Shown here in pieces: positions 47,471 to 59,058 of a stretch of DNA of 64,000 nucleotides. A program made the position numbers and the translations under genes. Position 1 is the first letter of the stretch; each line of letters begins with the position of its first letter. The notes under the pieces are model-generated. The model ran no database searches. It was not told the DNA's origin and saw only the letters and a list, made by a program, of their open reading frames with translations. The stretch comes from an uncultured Pseudomonadota bacterium (GTDB lineage: Bacteria > Oederibacteriota > Muellerivitia > Muellerivitales > Muellerivitaceae), in assembly GCA_963836235.1 (NCBI GenBank), contig CAWIIP010000002.1, positions 320,001-384,000 of the forward strand, in the 5' to 3' direction.

Positions 47471-50400
47471 TTACCCCAGTATCAAAAGCTTCAAAACCGA
47501 GCGTTTCCCGTTAGCCGTGATCAAAACGTAATAGAGACCATTAGCAAGAGGTTTCCCTTGGTTATCGACCAACGGAACAGGCAATTTCACCGTTCCTACC
47601 GGGACATTCGGAATGGTTTCATCCACTACTTTCCGGAAAGCCACGGTAAAAATTTCGATTCTCACGTTGGTGATGGAACTAAGGTTCAAAAGAAGCGTGA
47701 CCGGCGCTCCACCGGGAGCGGGATTAGGGTAGACAATTGGAGTGGACGAAACCCCTGGTGTCGCGGCCGTGGTTAGTGGAATAGTCGGGCTTGGCTCCGT
47801 TGTAAGAGTCGAAGAAGGTGTCGAAGTAAAACTAGGTTGAAGCGTAGAAGTGAAAGTAGGTGAGCTGGTTGGAGAATTTGTTGGCGTTGGGGTCGCCGTT
47901 GAGGTACTGGTTGCGGTATTTATTGATGTGTTGGTAAAGACTGGCGTAAAAGTACGGGTAACCGTAGACGTGGAAGTTAAAGTCAAGGTGATCGTATTTG
48001 TAAGCGTAGCCGTTGGAGTTGAAGTCACAGTATTCACTGAGGTATTGGACGGAGTACTGGAGGCAGTCGGCGTGGATGTTTTGGTGGAAGAAGACGTCAC
48101 CGTGAACGAAGGAGTCGATGATGGCGTGTTGGAAGCGGTAGGGGTCCAAGTGGGAGTGTCGGTCGGCGGCACGGTTCCCGTAAAGGTGGGAGTAAATGTC
48201 TCCGTTGTGGTAGGACTGTTCGTGACCGTGGCGGTTGATGTTGCGGTTTGAGTTAAGGAGACGGTTAAGGTCGACGTTGAAGTTGCTGTTCTTGTAACCG
48301 AAGAAGTTGTGGTTTGGGACGGGGTAAAGGTTAAGGTCGGCGTAATCAGGGCCGTGTTGGTGTTGGTAAGGGTAATTGTCTGAGTCGCAGTGGCCGTCGG
48401 ACTTGCCGTCGGGGTTGCGGTAAAACTCAAAGAGCTGGTGGCCGAGGAAGATGCCGTCGAAGACGGGGTTCCAGAAACTGTCAGAGTGGCGGTTTGTGTT
48501 GCGGTATTAGTTGAAGTGGCAATGACGGTGTTGGAGGGTGTCAATGTAGGGCTAGAGGTGGATGTCATGCTCGCAGTCGTTGTCGGTGTCTTTGAAACTG
48601 TGGGAGTGGAAGACAAAGTAACCGTGGCGGTCGCCGTTGAAGTCGCTGTCCGGGTAAGTGTAAAGGTAGGGGTGAATGACGGCGTTGCCGAAACTGTCAT
48701 AGTGGTTGTTTGCGTCACAGTATTCGTTGAAGTGGCAATGACGGTGTTGGTGACAGTCAAAGTAGGCGTAGAGGTGGCTGTCATGCTAGCGGTCGTTGTG
48801 GGTGTCCGGGAAGCCGTGAAAGTGGAGGTCAAAGTCGGGGTGGAAGTAGCCGTTAAAGTTACTGTCCTAGTAGGCGTGGAGGTAGCCGTTGTGGAAGCTG
48901 TCGCCGTGGGCGTCCGACTTGCCGTCGGGGTTGCCGTCATTACCGGGCTACCAGTTGGCGTGGGACTAGGGGCCGACAGAAGCCCATAAACCACCAGACT
49001 ATTGGCGGTTGGCACATAAACCTTTCCGTTAACTACACTCGGAGGCGCGAATTTGACCGCAGCACCTACTGCCGAATCCCGGTTACCCGACGCCTGACCA
49101 CTATAGTAAAGTTCGGTACCCAAATTGGTTGCGGTATAGGCATGGAGTGTAACGGGTGTTCCGTATGATAGGGCCCAAACAATACCATTAGAGTTTCCGT
49201 TTGACGAAACGCTTGGAACACAACCCGAGGGACTGGCAAAACTTTCAGTGGTAGCGGAGGAGTAAGGCGTGACATATTGGCCGTTGGCAAAGGTAAAAGC
49301 CTTTAACGGAGATCCGGTCATGCCCCAATAAACATAATTGGTTGTCCCGTTACTATAAATAGCGGCCGTGGTATAACCCTTGCCGCCGATAGCCGCCACG
49401 GTTTGTGGTACGTTATTAGTCGTTGTGCTAAACTTTCCCATGCTTCCAGTGTCCGCATCCACAACGTAAAGATCGCCTGGTTTATCCGCTCCCAACATAA
49501 GATTGGGATGGGCGGTCGTACCCCAGGAAGCGGGCAAGAGGCACTGACCCGCAGAACCAACGTCGTTATCCGCACTGCTCATGGTTGACTGATTATAGGG
49601 CGCGAAATAATCCAACACCGTCACCGAATTGCCGGAAGTGTTCAACTTGAGAAAGCATTGTCCGTAGTCCGAAACTGGGGCCGTTTGGTCGAAAATTCCG
49701 TTTGCGACTAGGTAGTAAAGATTTCCCGCCGAATCCACCGATGGACCATCCCCAGATTCCCAAAAGGAAGACTCACTGCCGTTGGGGGAAGCGTTGAAAA
49801 CGGAGACTTGTTTGGTAATGTTGGATGCGTTGTATCCAATAACCCAGCCATGATAATTTCCCGCTATCCCATTATTGTCGCAGTGACCGGTCCAACTGGT
49901 ATAAACCACCCCATTGACCAGTGCCAGGGCGCACCTTTCCTTATAGGCTTGGGGAACAAAAGTGACAGCAGAAGCTCCAGAACCATTCGTACCTGGAAAT
50001 GTAGCTCCAATGGTCTGGGGGCCGCTAAACTTTTCAGTGCCAGTCGTGATATCTAGAGCGTGAAGAGTTTGGGAGAAAGTTGTCACTCCTCCTGAAACAG
50101 TCTTGGTCATGGCGACAAAGTAAATGGTTCCAGTGGAAGGATCAATGACCGGGGTATCTGTAATTCCAATTTCCGGGGTGACTTGGGGACAACCGCCTGC
50201 ATCAGTAGTCGCGGACACCGTCGTGACACCGGCTCCAGTGATGAAACTGTCGTGCCAATAAGTAACCCCGGCGTTGTCAGCGTCAAAAGCATAGGCACTG
50301 TCATGTTCGGTTTCGACGTAAACAACATTATGGGTGCCACCACCAATGCTGACATTGGGCATATAGAGGGGCTGGGCGTAAACTTGCCCATCCACCGCAT

Positions 50401-50605
50401 CCGAAAAAAGCTTTCCGAAGGAGGTACTGTTGACGTTGGCAGTGGTAAGAATGGTTTCGTTTTGATTCCATCCATCCCGAGCCTGGTCGTTATGGTAGGT
50501 TGTTAAGGAAGTTTGGGCGAAAACCTCCGAGACCGAAAGAAAAACAAAACCGAAGAGAGGTAGTGCGATTTTTGAAAAATGGTGGTTAGAATTAATGACT
50601 CTCAA
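47471..50605 (-). CDS. Secreted PQQ-type beta-propeller protein with ~400-aa Thr/Ser/Pro linker and T9SS-like CTD
   Basis: TYHNDQARDG..FGKLF..VDGQVYAQPLY, GITDTPVID and KFAPPSVVNGKVYV; CTD YPNP..FTVAFRKV..LANGLYY. Confidence 0.82.
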   Translation of the reverse strand: MRVINSNHHFSKIALPLFGFVFLSVSEVFAQTSLTTYHNDQARDGWNQNETILTTANVNSTSFGKLFSDAVDGQVYAQPLYMPNVSIGGGTHNVVYVETEHDSAYAFDADNAGVTYWHDSFITGAGVTTVSATTDAGGCPQVTPEIGITDTPVIDPSTGTIYFVAMTKTVSGGVTTFSQTLHALDITTGTEKFSGPQTIGATFPGTNGSGASAVTFVPQAYKERCALALVNGVVYTSWTGHCDNNGIAGNYHGWVIGYNASNITKQVSVFNASPNGSESSFWESGDGPSVDSAGNLYYLVANGIFDQTAPVSDYGQCFLKLNTSGNSVTVLDYFAPYNQSTMSSADNDVGSAGQCLLPASWGTTAHPNLMLGADKPGDLYVVDADTGSMGKFSTTTNNVPQTVAAIGGKGYTTAAIYSNGTTNYVYWGMTGSPLKAFTFANGQYVTPYSSATTESFASPSGCVPSVSSNGNSNGIVWALSYGTPVTLHAYTATNLGTELYYSGQASGNRDSAVGAAVKFAPPSVVNGKVYVPTANSLVVYGLLSAPSPTPTGSPVMTATPTASRTPTATASTTATSTPTRTVTLTATSTPTLTSTFTASRTPTTTASMTATSTPTLTVTNTVIATSTNTVTQTTTMTVSATPSFTPTFTLTRTATSTATATVTLSSTPTVSKTPTTTASMTSTSSPTLTPSNTVIATSTNTATQTATLTVSGTPSSTASSSATSSLSFTATPTASPTATATQTITLTNTNTALITPTLTFTPSQTTTSSVTRTATSTSTLTVSLTQTATSTATVTNSPTTTETFTPTFTGTVPPTDTPTWTPTASNTPSSTPSFTVTSSSTKTSTPTASSTPSNTSVNTVTSTPTATLTNTITLTLTSTSTVTRTFTPVFTNTSINTATSTSTATPTPTNSPTSSPTFTSTLQPSFTSTPSSTLTTEPSPTIPLTTAATPGVSSTPIVYPNPAPGGAPVTLLLNLSSITNVRIEIFTVAFRKVVDETIPNVPVGTVKLPVPLVDNQGKPLANGLYYVLITANGKRSVLKLLILG

Positions 50606-50836
50606 AAGTCCCCCGGAGAATTCGACGCTTCAACGTCAAATAGAAACTATTTGATACTATTCCGCGAAGTCTCAAACACGTTTCCTGAGTTAAAAGTATC
50701 ACTTTTCCTGTTTTTTTGCCTTCATTACTATCAAATTCTTTGGAAACCGACTACACCTTGTACTTTAACGTTTCAGAGATACTGATTTTGAAATTTCTAA
50801 AAGCTTTTTAAATATGTCCAACCTAACCTATATTCC

Positions 50837-53300
50837 ATGGTCATGAAGACAATCACCGCCCTGCCCATCGATCCTCTGATCCCCGAAATCCTTGCGGCCC
50901 TGGAAAAACACAATGCCGCCGTGGTATCCGCCGAGCCGGGTGCGGGTAAAACCACAAGGCTTCCACCTTCCCTTCTTTCCGCTTCCTTCACTAAAAATAA
51001 GGAAATCTGGGTTCTTCAGCCCCGGCGCCTGGCCGCCAAATACGCGGCCCTACGAGTCGCCGAAGAGCTGGGCGAGGAGCCCGGCCAAAGCGTGGGTTAC
51101 CAGTTCCGTTTTGAAAAAAAGTTGGGACCCCAAACCCGCCTGCGGTTCATGACCGATGGAATGCTTCTTCCCCTATCCCAATCCGATCCGACCCTCACCA
51201 ACGTTGCTGCGGTGGTCTTGGATGAGTTCCATGAACGAAGCCTGGCCTTGGAACTGGGATTGGCTTGGCTCCACCGCCTTCAACTGGGCCCAAGACCCGA
51301 CCTTCGACTTTTGGTGATGAGCGCTACGCTGGATTCGGAAGCCCTTTCCACTTATCTTTCAGGTTGCCCGGTTTTCAAAAGTTCCGGTCGGATATTTCCC
51401 GTGACCGTTGAATACCACCCTTTTCCTCAAGAATCCGATTTAAGTCTCAAAGTCAAATCCGCCGTCCGCCAAATAGCCGCCAAAGGCCTCCAAGGAACTA
51501 CCTTGGTTTTCTTGCCGGGACTAGCTGAAATTAAACTGCCTGTCAAAATCAGCCCTCGGTAAAGAACCTGGGGAAGTTCATGCCCTCTACGGCGATCTTT
51601 CCGTACAGGAACAACAGGCGGTCCTCAGCCCCACTCAAGGAAACAAGGTTATTTTGAGCACCAACTTGGCGGAAACTTCCTTGACCGTTCCGGGCGTCAC
51701 TGCCGTCATTGACTCAGGCTTAACTCGTCAATCCCGCGTCTCCGCCTGGTCAGGTCTACAAAGCCTCGTCACAGTCCCCGCCAGCCAAGCCTCGGCCACC
51801 CAAAGGGCCGGACGAGCAGGGCGCCTCCAGGAAGGTCACTGCCTTCGCCTCTTCGCGAAATATGATTTTGACCACCGGGCCGCTTTTGATGTGCCCGAAC
51901 TTTTACGGAGCGATCTTTCTAAAAGCCTGTTGGACTTATTGTTTCTCGGGGTTGGAGATTTGGATTCCTTTCCCTGGTTTCTAAAACCTTCCCCAGCCGC
52001 CCTTGAGGCCGCCCACACTTTATTAACTCGCCTCGGTGCCCAAACCTCTAGGGGCGATCTCACCGAAGTGGGCCGCCGTATGGCCCGTATCCCCTTGACT
52101 CCACGATTGGGCAAGTTTTTGTTACAAGTAGAGGAACTGGCGCTTGGTCATTTTACGGTTTTACGACAAGCCTGCCGCCTGGCAGCCTTGATCAGCGAGG
52201 AAAAACCAGAATCCGAGGATATCCTTGAGGAACTTCGAAAATTCAATCCCGGTTTCGAAGCCAAAAGGCTTGAGGAACAGTTGGTCGGGTATCTTCGTCT
52301 GGAGTCTTCCAGTGTAAAAACAAATCCAGGCGACTCCCATTTATTAGCCAAGGGGCTCTTGGCCGCCTTTCCCGATCGAGTGGCCCGGGTCCGTCTCACC
52401 GATTCCTTCCAAACCCGCAACCGTTCCGGAAAGGTTCGAGAACTTCTTCTTTCTTCTGGAGGAACGGCTTTAGTTAATGACAGCGCTCTCACCCGGGAAC
52501 ATGAATTTTTCGTCGTAGTGGAGGCCCAAGAAGCCGTTCAAGGGACCGGTGGCCAGGTCAAAGCCAGGTCCATCTGCCCGATTGAAATCGATTGGTTGTT
52601 GGACCTGTTCCCCGATGATCTTACGGATGAACAAACTTACGAATGGAATGAAAAAGCCAAACGAGTGGAAGGCTTTAAGCGCCTGAAATACGGCCAACTG
52701 GTCCTGGATGAAAAGCCACTTTCCGCCAGGGACTTCAGCCTCGAAACCCAGGCATTGCTTTTCAAGGAAGCCCAGGCAGCGGGCTCTTTGGCCTACTGCG
52801 ATCCAGAGGAATTGGCATTATTCCTCAATCGTGTAAAGTTCGTCGCTGGACGGTCCAAAAGCTTTCCTGAAATCACTTCGAAATTAATGGAAGGAACGTT
52901 GAAAGAACTCTGCCAGGGTTGCCGGAGTTTCGAGGATTTAAAAGCCACCGGCTTTGTCGCAGCTTTAAGATCTCATTTTCCCCAAAAAGACCAATCTTTG
53001 TTGGAAAAGCTAGCCCCCAATTCCATTACTCTTTCCTCAGGCCGCCGGATGGACATTCACTACGAGGAAGGGAAACCGCCTTGGGGCGAATCCCGCATCC
53101 AGGATTTTTTTGGGTTGAATCAGGGTCCTACCGTCGCTGGAGGCGAGGTTCCGGTTGTTTTGCACCTTTTATCCCCCGCTCGAAGGCCGGTTCAAGTCAC
53201 CAGTGACTTGGCAGGGTTCTGGAAAAACCACTATCCCCAAATCCGCAAGGAACTCAGCCGCAAATATCCCCGGCACAAGTGGCCTGAAAACCCGGTTTAA
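50837..53300 (+). CDS. hrpB: ATP-dependent helicase HrpB; frameshift(s) near 51535-51575
   Basis: GAGKTT, DEFHER, MSAT, STNLAETSLT, QRAGRAGR and the C-terminal DLAGFW..YP..RKEL..KYPRHKWP. Confidence 0.85.
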
Positions 53301-53321
53301 GCTCCTAGGAATAATGATAAT

Positions 53322-54368
53322 TTAAGTGGTGTGGATAGAATTGCGGTTGCTCATGTCGCCCATGATGCTGTAAGGAATGACTTTCTCGGTCTTACCCTTG
53401 AGCTGCACTGGCATACGGGATTCGATGTGGAATCGATCGGAAACCATCATGGCCAATTCCTCGTTCACCAATATTTCCCATTCGGGAGCGATGCCACACA
53501 ATCGGGAAGCCAAGTTGACCGCGTCTCCAATGAGGGTGAATTCCATGCGGTTGCGGGAACCGAGGTTTCCCATCAGGGCCTCTCCCGAAACAATTCCGAT
53601 GCCCAACCCGATTGAAATGGACTTGGTATTTAATTCATTGCTAGCCTTGATGGCTTGTCGAAACTTTTCCTGCATATCGATCGCCGCGCGAATAACTTTT
53701 TGGGCGTCGACTTTCTCGTTTTCGGCCGACCGCCTGAAGTAGGCCAGGATAGCGTCTCCAATGAATTTGTTGATTTCACCACCTTGGACCTCAATGGCTA
53801 TTCCCAGGGAAGTGTAAATTTGATTCAATACCCTCATCGTTTCCTGGGGTGTCAACTGTTCGGACATTTGGGTGAAACCTCTTATGTCCGAAAAAAGAAT
53901 AAACACTTTTTGCATTTGACCACCAAGGGAAGTATTGCTTCCCTTGGCCTGGCGAGAAGCCTCCGAACCCAGGTATTTTTCCAGAGTGTGGCGGCTTGAG
54001 ACAATTTCCTTTTCCCTGCTTTGCACAGTCTCGAAGGCCGCCTTAACGACCGCATCAATGCCCGGCTTGACCTTTAAGGGAGAAGCATCGTCCGAATATA
54101 TATAGTCCTTTGGAAGCAAGTTTAATTTAGCGAGAGTTAATTGAAGGTTGCAAAACCAGGTAACTGAAGTTTGCCATTGGAGCAAAAACCACCAGGTACC
54201 AAAGATCAGGGCGCATGCCCAACCCGTGTAAAGTGCTAAATCCAAACGTTCGGAATAAGACCAAACCAGCCACCCGGCGCAAACCGATATAAAAAGAAGG
54301 GCAAAGAAAAAAACAAACTGAATGGAGTTTGTTTCGGCCCGCTTTTTGACGGAAAAAAGAGTCGCCAT
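53322..54368 (-). CDS. Membrane-anchored class III adenylate cyclase
   Basis: Two TM segments; FSDIRGFT, NKFIGDA and FTLIGDAVNLASRL motifs. Confidence 0.9.
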   Translation of the reverse strand: MATLFSVKKRAETNSIQFVFFFALLFISVCAGWLVWSYSERLDLALYTGWACALIFGTWWFLLQWQTSVTWFCNLQLTLAKLNLLPKDYIYSDDASPLKVKPGIDAVVKAAFETVQSREKEIVSSRHTLEKYLGSEASRQAKGSNTSLGGQMQKVFILFSDIRGFTQMSEQLTPQETMRVLNQIYTSLGIAIEVQGGEINKFIGDAILAYFRRSAENEKVDAQKVIRAAIDMQEKFRQAIKASNELNTKSISIGLGIGIVSGEALMGNLGSRNRMEFTLIGDAVNLASRLCGIAPEWEILVNEELAMMVSDRFHIESRMPVQLKGKTEKVIPYSIMGDMSNRNSIHTT

Positions 54369-54428
54369 AGTCCACTCCGCCTTGATTGGGATGATGCAAC
54401 CCTTCAAAAACCGTTCGATAGGTTCGGC

Positions 54429-55577
54429 TCAACTGCCTCCGGAATGATAAACACTTTTGACGGCCTGAAGCATTTTCTTGTAGATTTCCGTCAGGGTATC
54501 GGCCGTGCTTCGGGCTTGCTGGAAATTAGGATTGACCTCGATAGCCTTATTCATTTCTTTCAAAGAACGGTGGATGAGAAAATTGGATTTCATGAGAGTT
54601 CCCATACCATAATGGAGCCTCAAATCGACATATTGTGGATTGGATTCCACCAATTGTTCCAACTGACGGACATATTCCTCTGTCTCCTGGGCGCTGACAC
54701 CCCTGTCGCCAAAGAGAAGTTTTAAGGTGTAAAAATAAACGACTTCCGAGCCCGTCTTGGGAATATATTTCGGACGGGCTTCCAAGTAGTTTTTAAAGGC
54801 AATGGGATATTTACCCGATTTTAGATTTGCCGTACCGGTCAATAACGAACCGCTCATGATCTTGGAATTGCAATCCAGCGCCAGTTGAGTCTCCCGCTGG
54901 GCTTCTTCGACATAACCCTGGACCGCCGCCTCCACCAAGCTGCTATTTTCTCCCGCGATTACGGCGACAGCGCAAGTGGCCAGCTTCAAATGGGCATCGG
55001 CGTAATTTGGATTGATTTTAATTGCCTGCTCATACTGTTTTTTCGCTTTTTCAAATTGTCTCTGGAACAAATGGACATTCCCTAGGTAATAATAAATATC
55101 CGCGTAAACCGAACCCGACTCCAGAATGTGGTTGAAAACATGAAGGGCGTTTTCATAATCACCCTTGAGCGTAAGGGTAATACCGTAATGCTTGATGGCT
55201 TGAATATGTCCCGAATCCAGATCCACCGATTTTTGAAATTGTTCGAGGGCGTCGTCGTAAAAACCCCGAGTCAAGAGAATAACCCCCATTGCAAAACACA
55301 TATGAGAGGAAGGTTTTTCGAGGATTTTCTTCGCCGTCGTGAAAATGAACTCCATTTCGGAGATAAGCACTTGGTGAGTTTGGGTTAAAAGCTTTTCCGT
55401 ATCACCTTGGGAGCCTGAAACCATTTCTTTGGTGATAGATTTTTTTCGCTCAAATACCAACGTACCGTCCCTTTGAACGGTTGAAATGAGTTGCTTTTGC
55501 GACTCATTGATTGAGGTTTCGAAAGCGAGCTTCTTGCGATCCATCTCAACAAGTGTTCTTAAATTTTGAGATGCCAT
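54429..55577 (-). CDS. Tetratricopeptide repeat protein
   Basis: Several TPR motifs (YADIYYYLG, AIKINPNYADAH). Confidence 0.82.
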   Translation of the reverse strand: MASQNLRTLVEMDRKKLAFETSINESQKQLISTVQRDGTLVFERKKSITKEMVSGSQGDTEKLLTQTHQVLISEMEFIFTTAKKILEKPSSHMCFAMGVILLTRGFYDDALEQFQKSVDLDSGHIQAIKHYGITLTLKGDYENALHVFNHILESGSVYADIYYYLGNVHLFQRQFEKAKKQYEQAIKINPNYADAHLKLATCAVAVIAGENSSLVEAAVQGYVEEAQRETQLALDCNSKIMSGSLLTGTANLKSGKYPIAFKNYLEARPKYIPKTGSEVVYFYTLKLLFGDRGVSAQETEEYVRQLEQLVESNPQYVDLRLHYGMGTLMKSNFLIHRSLKEMNKAIEVNPNFQQARSTADTLTEIYKKMLQAVKSVYHSGGS

Positions 55578-55909
55578 CTTAAAAGCCTTCCGGTTTCATA
55601 ACTTAACTTAAAATCCGCGAAATCAAGGATTCCAACGGGAACTATAAGATGCAATAATAAAGCATAATAATCCAGGGTATTTCAGGTTAAAACAAACAAA
55701 TTTCTCCAAAAGCATCAAGAAATGAAATAGGCTTCCGGAACCGGAAGGAAAAAAATAGGGTTTAACATTTACCGGTCATTTTGAAGGTTTTGGAAAACTA
55801 TATCTTAATTTTTCCACTAAGAAGAGATTTCTTTTAAAAGAACTCTTCCAACGTCGAACAAATCCTGTTTATTCGTCGTCTAATCATCAAAGAATTTCGG
55901 AGCAACTTC

Positions 55910-56764
55910 GTGACCCTTATAAAAATATACTTTTTTTTCGTCCTCATCGGATTCTGTTCCCCACTTTGGGCGGTGCCCGCAACAGTCGAAAACCTGGATT
56001 ATAAAGTCACCCTCTCGGAAACGCTTCCCGGCTTAGATGACCAGACCATTCCTCAAATGGGTCCCACCATCACTGTCACAATTCAAGATAAATTTCGATC
56101 CAGCGGAGTGGTTTATCCCTTAAGTGTTTATGCCATTAACGATTACGCCTTGTCCGGCAATTATTTAAACCTTCTTTGCCGGGTGACTCCCAAGGTTTCG
56201 GATGCTGGCCCCCGTTATACCTTCATCCAATTGAACCTTTCTTCTCCTTCCGATTCCAGACAATTCCAGCCTTTAAAAATATATTCCTTTTCACCGGGTA
56301 ACCAATATCTTTTGACCTCTTTCGACGGAAAGGACCAGCCGGACTCCATCGGTCTCATCCAACTTGACGGACCCGCCAAACTGGGCTGGATATACTCCAA
56401 TAAAAACGCGACCAATCTATTTCAAAAAGCCCTGCCAACCCTGACTCAAGGAATAACCCTCAACAACCCGGTCGGTTGGTCCGGGGATTCCTCAACCGCT
56501 GTTTTCGTGGTCTCCGCAAACGATGGCACCCAGGATGCCCAAGGCAAATGGGTCCAAAAGGATTATTTGACCCGCCTGGGATTAAATGGAGATGATTTTA
56601 GTCTAGCTGTCAAACCTGTGGATTTATCGCCTTATCATTACCGAAACGGTTCGATCATTTCAGATATGAAATGCTCAACCGACAAGGCCACCCTTATCTT
56701 CAGCCAATCCAATTCATCCGACCTCCTCCAGGCCGACTTCCCCCTTCCTGGCCTTTCCCACTAA
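55910..56764 (+). CDS. Hypothetical secreted protein
   Basis: Signal peptide and beta-rich sequence. Confidence 0.6.
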   Translation: MTLIKIYFFFVLIGFCSPLWAVPATVENLDYKVTLSETLPGLDDQTIPQMGPTITVTIQDKFRSSGVVYPLSVYAINDYALSGNYLNLLCRVTPKVSDAGPRYTFIQLNLSSPSDSRQFQPLKIYSFSPGNQYLLTSFDGKDQPDSIGLIQLDGPAKLGWIYSNKNATNLFQKALPTLTQGITLNNPVGWSGDSSTAVFVVSANDGTQDAQGKWVQKDYLTRLGLNGDDFSLAVKPVDLSPYHYRNGSIISDMKCSTDKATLIFSQSNSSDLLQADFPLPGLSH

Positions 56765-56811
56765 TTTTACAATTCTTTTGCATTGGGTCGGAGCGTCTTC
56801 CTTCTTAATCG

Positions 56812-58123
56812 TTGTACAATGCGCTCGTGGAATCCCTTACGCTCAACACCGATGGTACGCCGACCCCACCCCGGTCCCGCCCTTCCTGGGTGAAGGATCA
56901 AATCCGCAGTTTTAACCAAAACCTGGAATCGCGTTCCCGGGATAAAAAATTTTCCCTCATGGCCCACTCACCCGATACCTTCTTCCAAGGCACCAATCAT
57001 CTCTTTTGGACGGATTTCGCCGAAAGCGACTGGTTGGGCGCTTTTGGAGGGGACAAAGGTACCCGCATTTGGATCAGCGGGGACCTTCACTTCACCAACT
57101 TTGGAAGTTTTATCGATGCCACCGGAAGACTGGTTTACGACCTTAATAACTTTGACGAATCCATTGTGGCGGATTACCAGTTCGATTTATGGCGATTGGG
57201 CGTAAGCCTGGTGCTCTTAGGCCGGAAGAATAAAAAAAAATCCAAAGGCCATCCGCCGAATGGTGGTGGAATGCACCCGGGGCTATTGGCGGGAAGTCAA
57301 AAGCTGCCGCTGGTATAAATCCCTCAATCAGGCTCCCTGGGATGAAGAACAATCCGCCCAATCCCTTCGCCATTATCTGTCCCACGCGAGAAAACACTAC
57401 GGCTTCCCTTACATGTTAGAGCGTTGGACCAAACCCGGAAAAAAAGCTCTGATCTTCAAGACCCAAGGGAATTCCGATTTGGAAACCGTCCCTAAGGAGA
57501 TTACCCGAAAATTGGAAAAGACCTTGAAGGATTACGCCCTGCGCCTCAAGCCCTGGCCCATGGAAAAGCCTCGTGTTTTTGAGATCGACGATTTGGCCCA
57601 GCGCTTGAATTTGAGACCAGAAAACGAGGGGAAAAAACATTACTACGCGCTGGTTCGGGTTCGAGAAGAAGCGCAAAATCCTTATAGGATATTGCAAATC
57701 AAACAACAGGTAGAACCCAGTGCCTGGGATCATTTGTCCAAGAAATCAATACGAAAAACCCGAAAACTTTGTGGAAACAACCGTGCCCTCCGGGTCGAAC
57801 TGGCCCATCGTGCTTTAAGCCGCCATCCCGATCCCTGGTTAGGAAGCTTGGAATTGAAGGGAGAAGACTACACGGTCGGTGAATTATCGCCTTACAACGG
57901 TGTCTTGCCGGAGGACATGTTGGACGAAAACATAGCTTATCAATTGGGAGGCATCCTGGCCCGGACTCATTGCCGTACTAAGGATTCCTTCGCCAAAAAG
58001 GCGTTCGAAAGAATTAAAAAGGATAAGAAGGAATTTCGCCGGCTCATCGCTGACCTTTCCCTGGCCTATGCAGACCAGGTGGAAGAAGACTACCGAGGCT
58101 TTTGCAGTCCTAAACAACATTAA
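56812..58123 (+). CDS. DUF2252 family (kinase-like) protein; frameshift near 57240
   Basis: MAHSPDTFFQGT, GDLHFTNFG, YDLNNFDES and YADQVEEDY motifs, split across two frames; start uncertain. Confidence 0.75.
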
Positions 58124-58271
58124 CTTTTCTATAAAAATCAAACGTCTTTTCAAAATAAAACGTTATTTTTATCAAATAAAATTTTTATCTAAACCTCATG
58201 GTCATCCCTTTCAAATACCATCGCGCCCATCAAAGATATTCGGGATTTTATTTATTTTTCAGGAGAAAGAA

Positions 58272-58439
58272 ATGGGTTCAATATTAGGTTTGATCATTTT
58301 GGTGGCGGACGTTTACGCCATTGTCGTCACCTCTCAGAGCAAGGCTTCCACCAACAAAAAAGTTTTATGGATTGTTTTGATTCTGCTCCTGCCGATATTG
58401 GGTTGTATCCTCTGGTATTTTGCGGGACCAAAAAAATAA
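58272..58439 (+). CDS. PLDc N-terminal-like small membrane protein
   Basis: AGGAG RBS; KVLWIVLILLLPILGCILWY. Confidence 0.8.
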   Translation: MGSILGLIILVADVYAIVVTSQSKASTNKKVLWIVLILLLPILGCILWYFAGPKK

Positions 58440-58465
58440 TAAACCCCTAGAACTTTAAAGAACTT

Positions 58466-59026
58466 TCAGGGAGATGAGGAAGCTTCCAATTCTTCAAGCT
58501 TGGGTCCTACTAAATCAACCAAGTGGTCACCGGCAGTAAACAAAACGACGATAAAAACGATCAGCATCAGTGCCAAGGCGACAAAAGACCAGAGATGCCG
58601 CGATTCAAAACGCTTGATGGATCGCGCGTAGGCTACCAAGCCGATCAACGCCGCCACCACGATAACCGCGTCCAAACTAGCCCTTTGCCAATAGCTCCCA
58701 CCCAAGTGCAGCCACATCCCGAATTCATCGAAGGTCAAGGCCATGGCAAAGCCGTAAAGAAGCGCGTTAATTTCCGCCGCGCGCCCGGTCGGCCTGCGAA
58801 AAACGCTATACCCTCCCACACCGGAGAGGAGGAAGATTCCGTAATTCAAATGATGGACATGAGTGCCTTGAAGAAAAAAATACATATTGGGAATCTGATG
58901 GGACATGATCAGGAAAACATCCACCCGCGCGATGAGAAAGGTCATCAGAAAAGCGAACAGGGCCCTCCTCGCCAGACGGTAAGTTGTTTCGACGTGAAAT
59001 GTAGGCTCTTTCATTTTTTTAACCAT
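58466..59026 (-). CDS. Conserved integral membrane protein
   Basis: Several TM segments; HVHHLNYGI and DEFGMWLHL. Confidence 0.75.
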   Translation of the reverse strand: MVKKMKEPTFHVETTYRLARRALFAFLMTFLIARVDVFLIMSHQIPNMYFFLQGTHVHHLNYGIFLLSGVGGYSVFRRPTGRAAEINALLYGFAMALTFDEFGMWLHLGGSYWQRASLDAVIVVAALIGLVAYARSIKRFESRHLWSFVALALMLIVFIVVLFTAGDHLVDLVGPKLEELEASSSP

Positions 59027-59058
59027 GACAAATGAGGATTATGGATTCAAAAATTACC

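Noticed and set aside
47850-48989. Val/Gly-rich ORFs antisense to the Thr-rich linkers (also 8956..9291)
   Set aside because: ACN codon runs give stop-free reverse frames, so these are artefacts.
50837-53300. hrpB as two separate genes
   Set aside because: The helicase motifs continue across the break in another frame, so this is one gene with indel(s).
57231-57250. Poly-A tract at the DUF2252 frameshift as phase variation or programmed frameshifting
   Set aside because: Many similar single-base indels across the window point to sequencing error.
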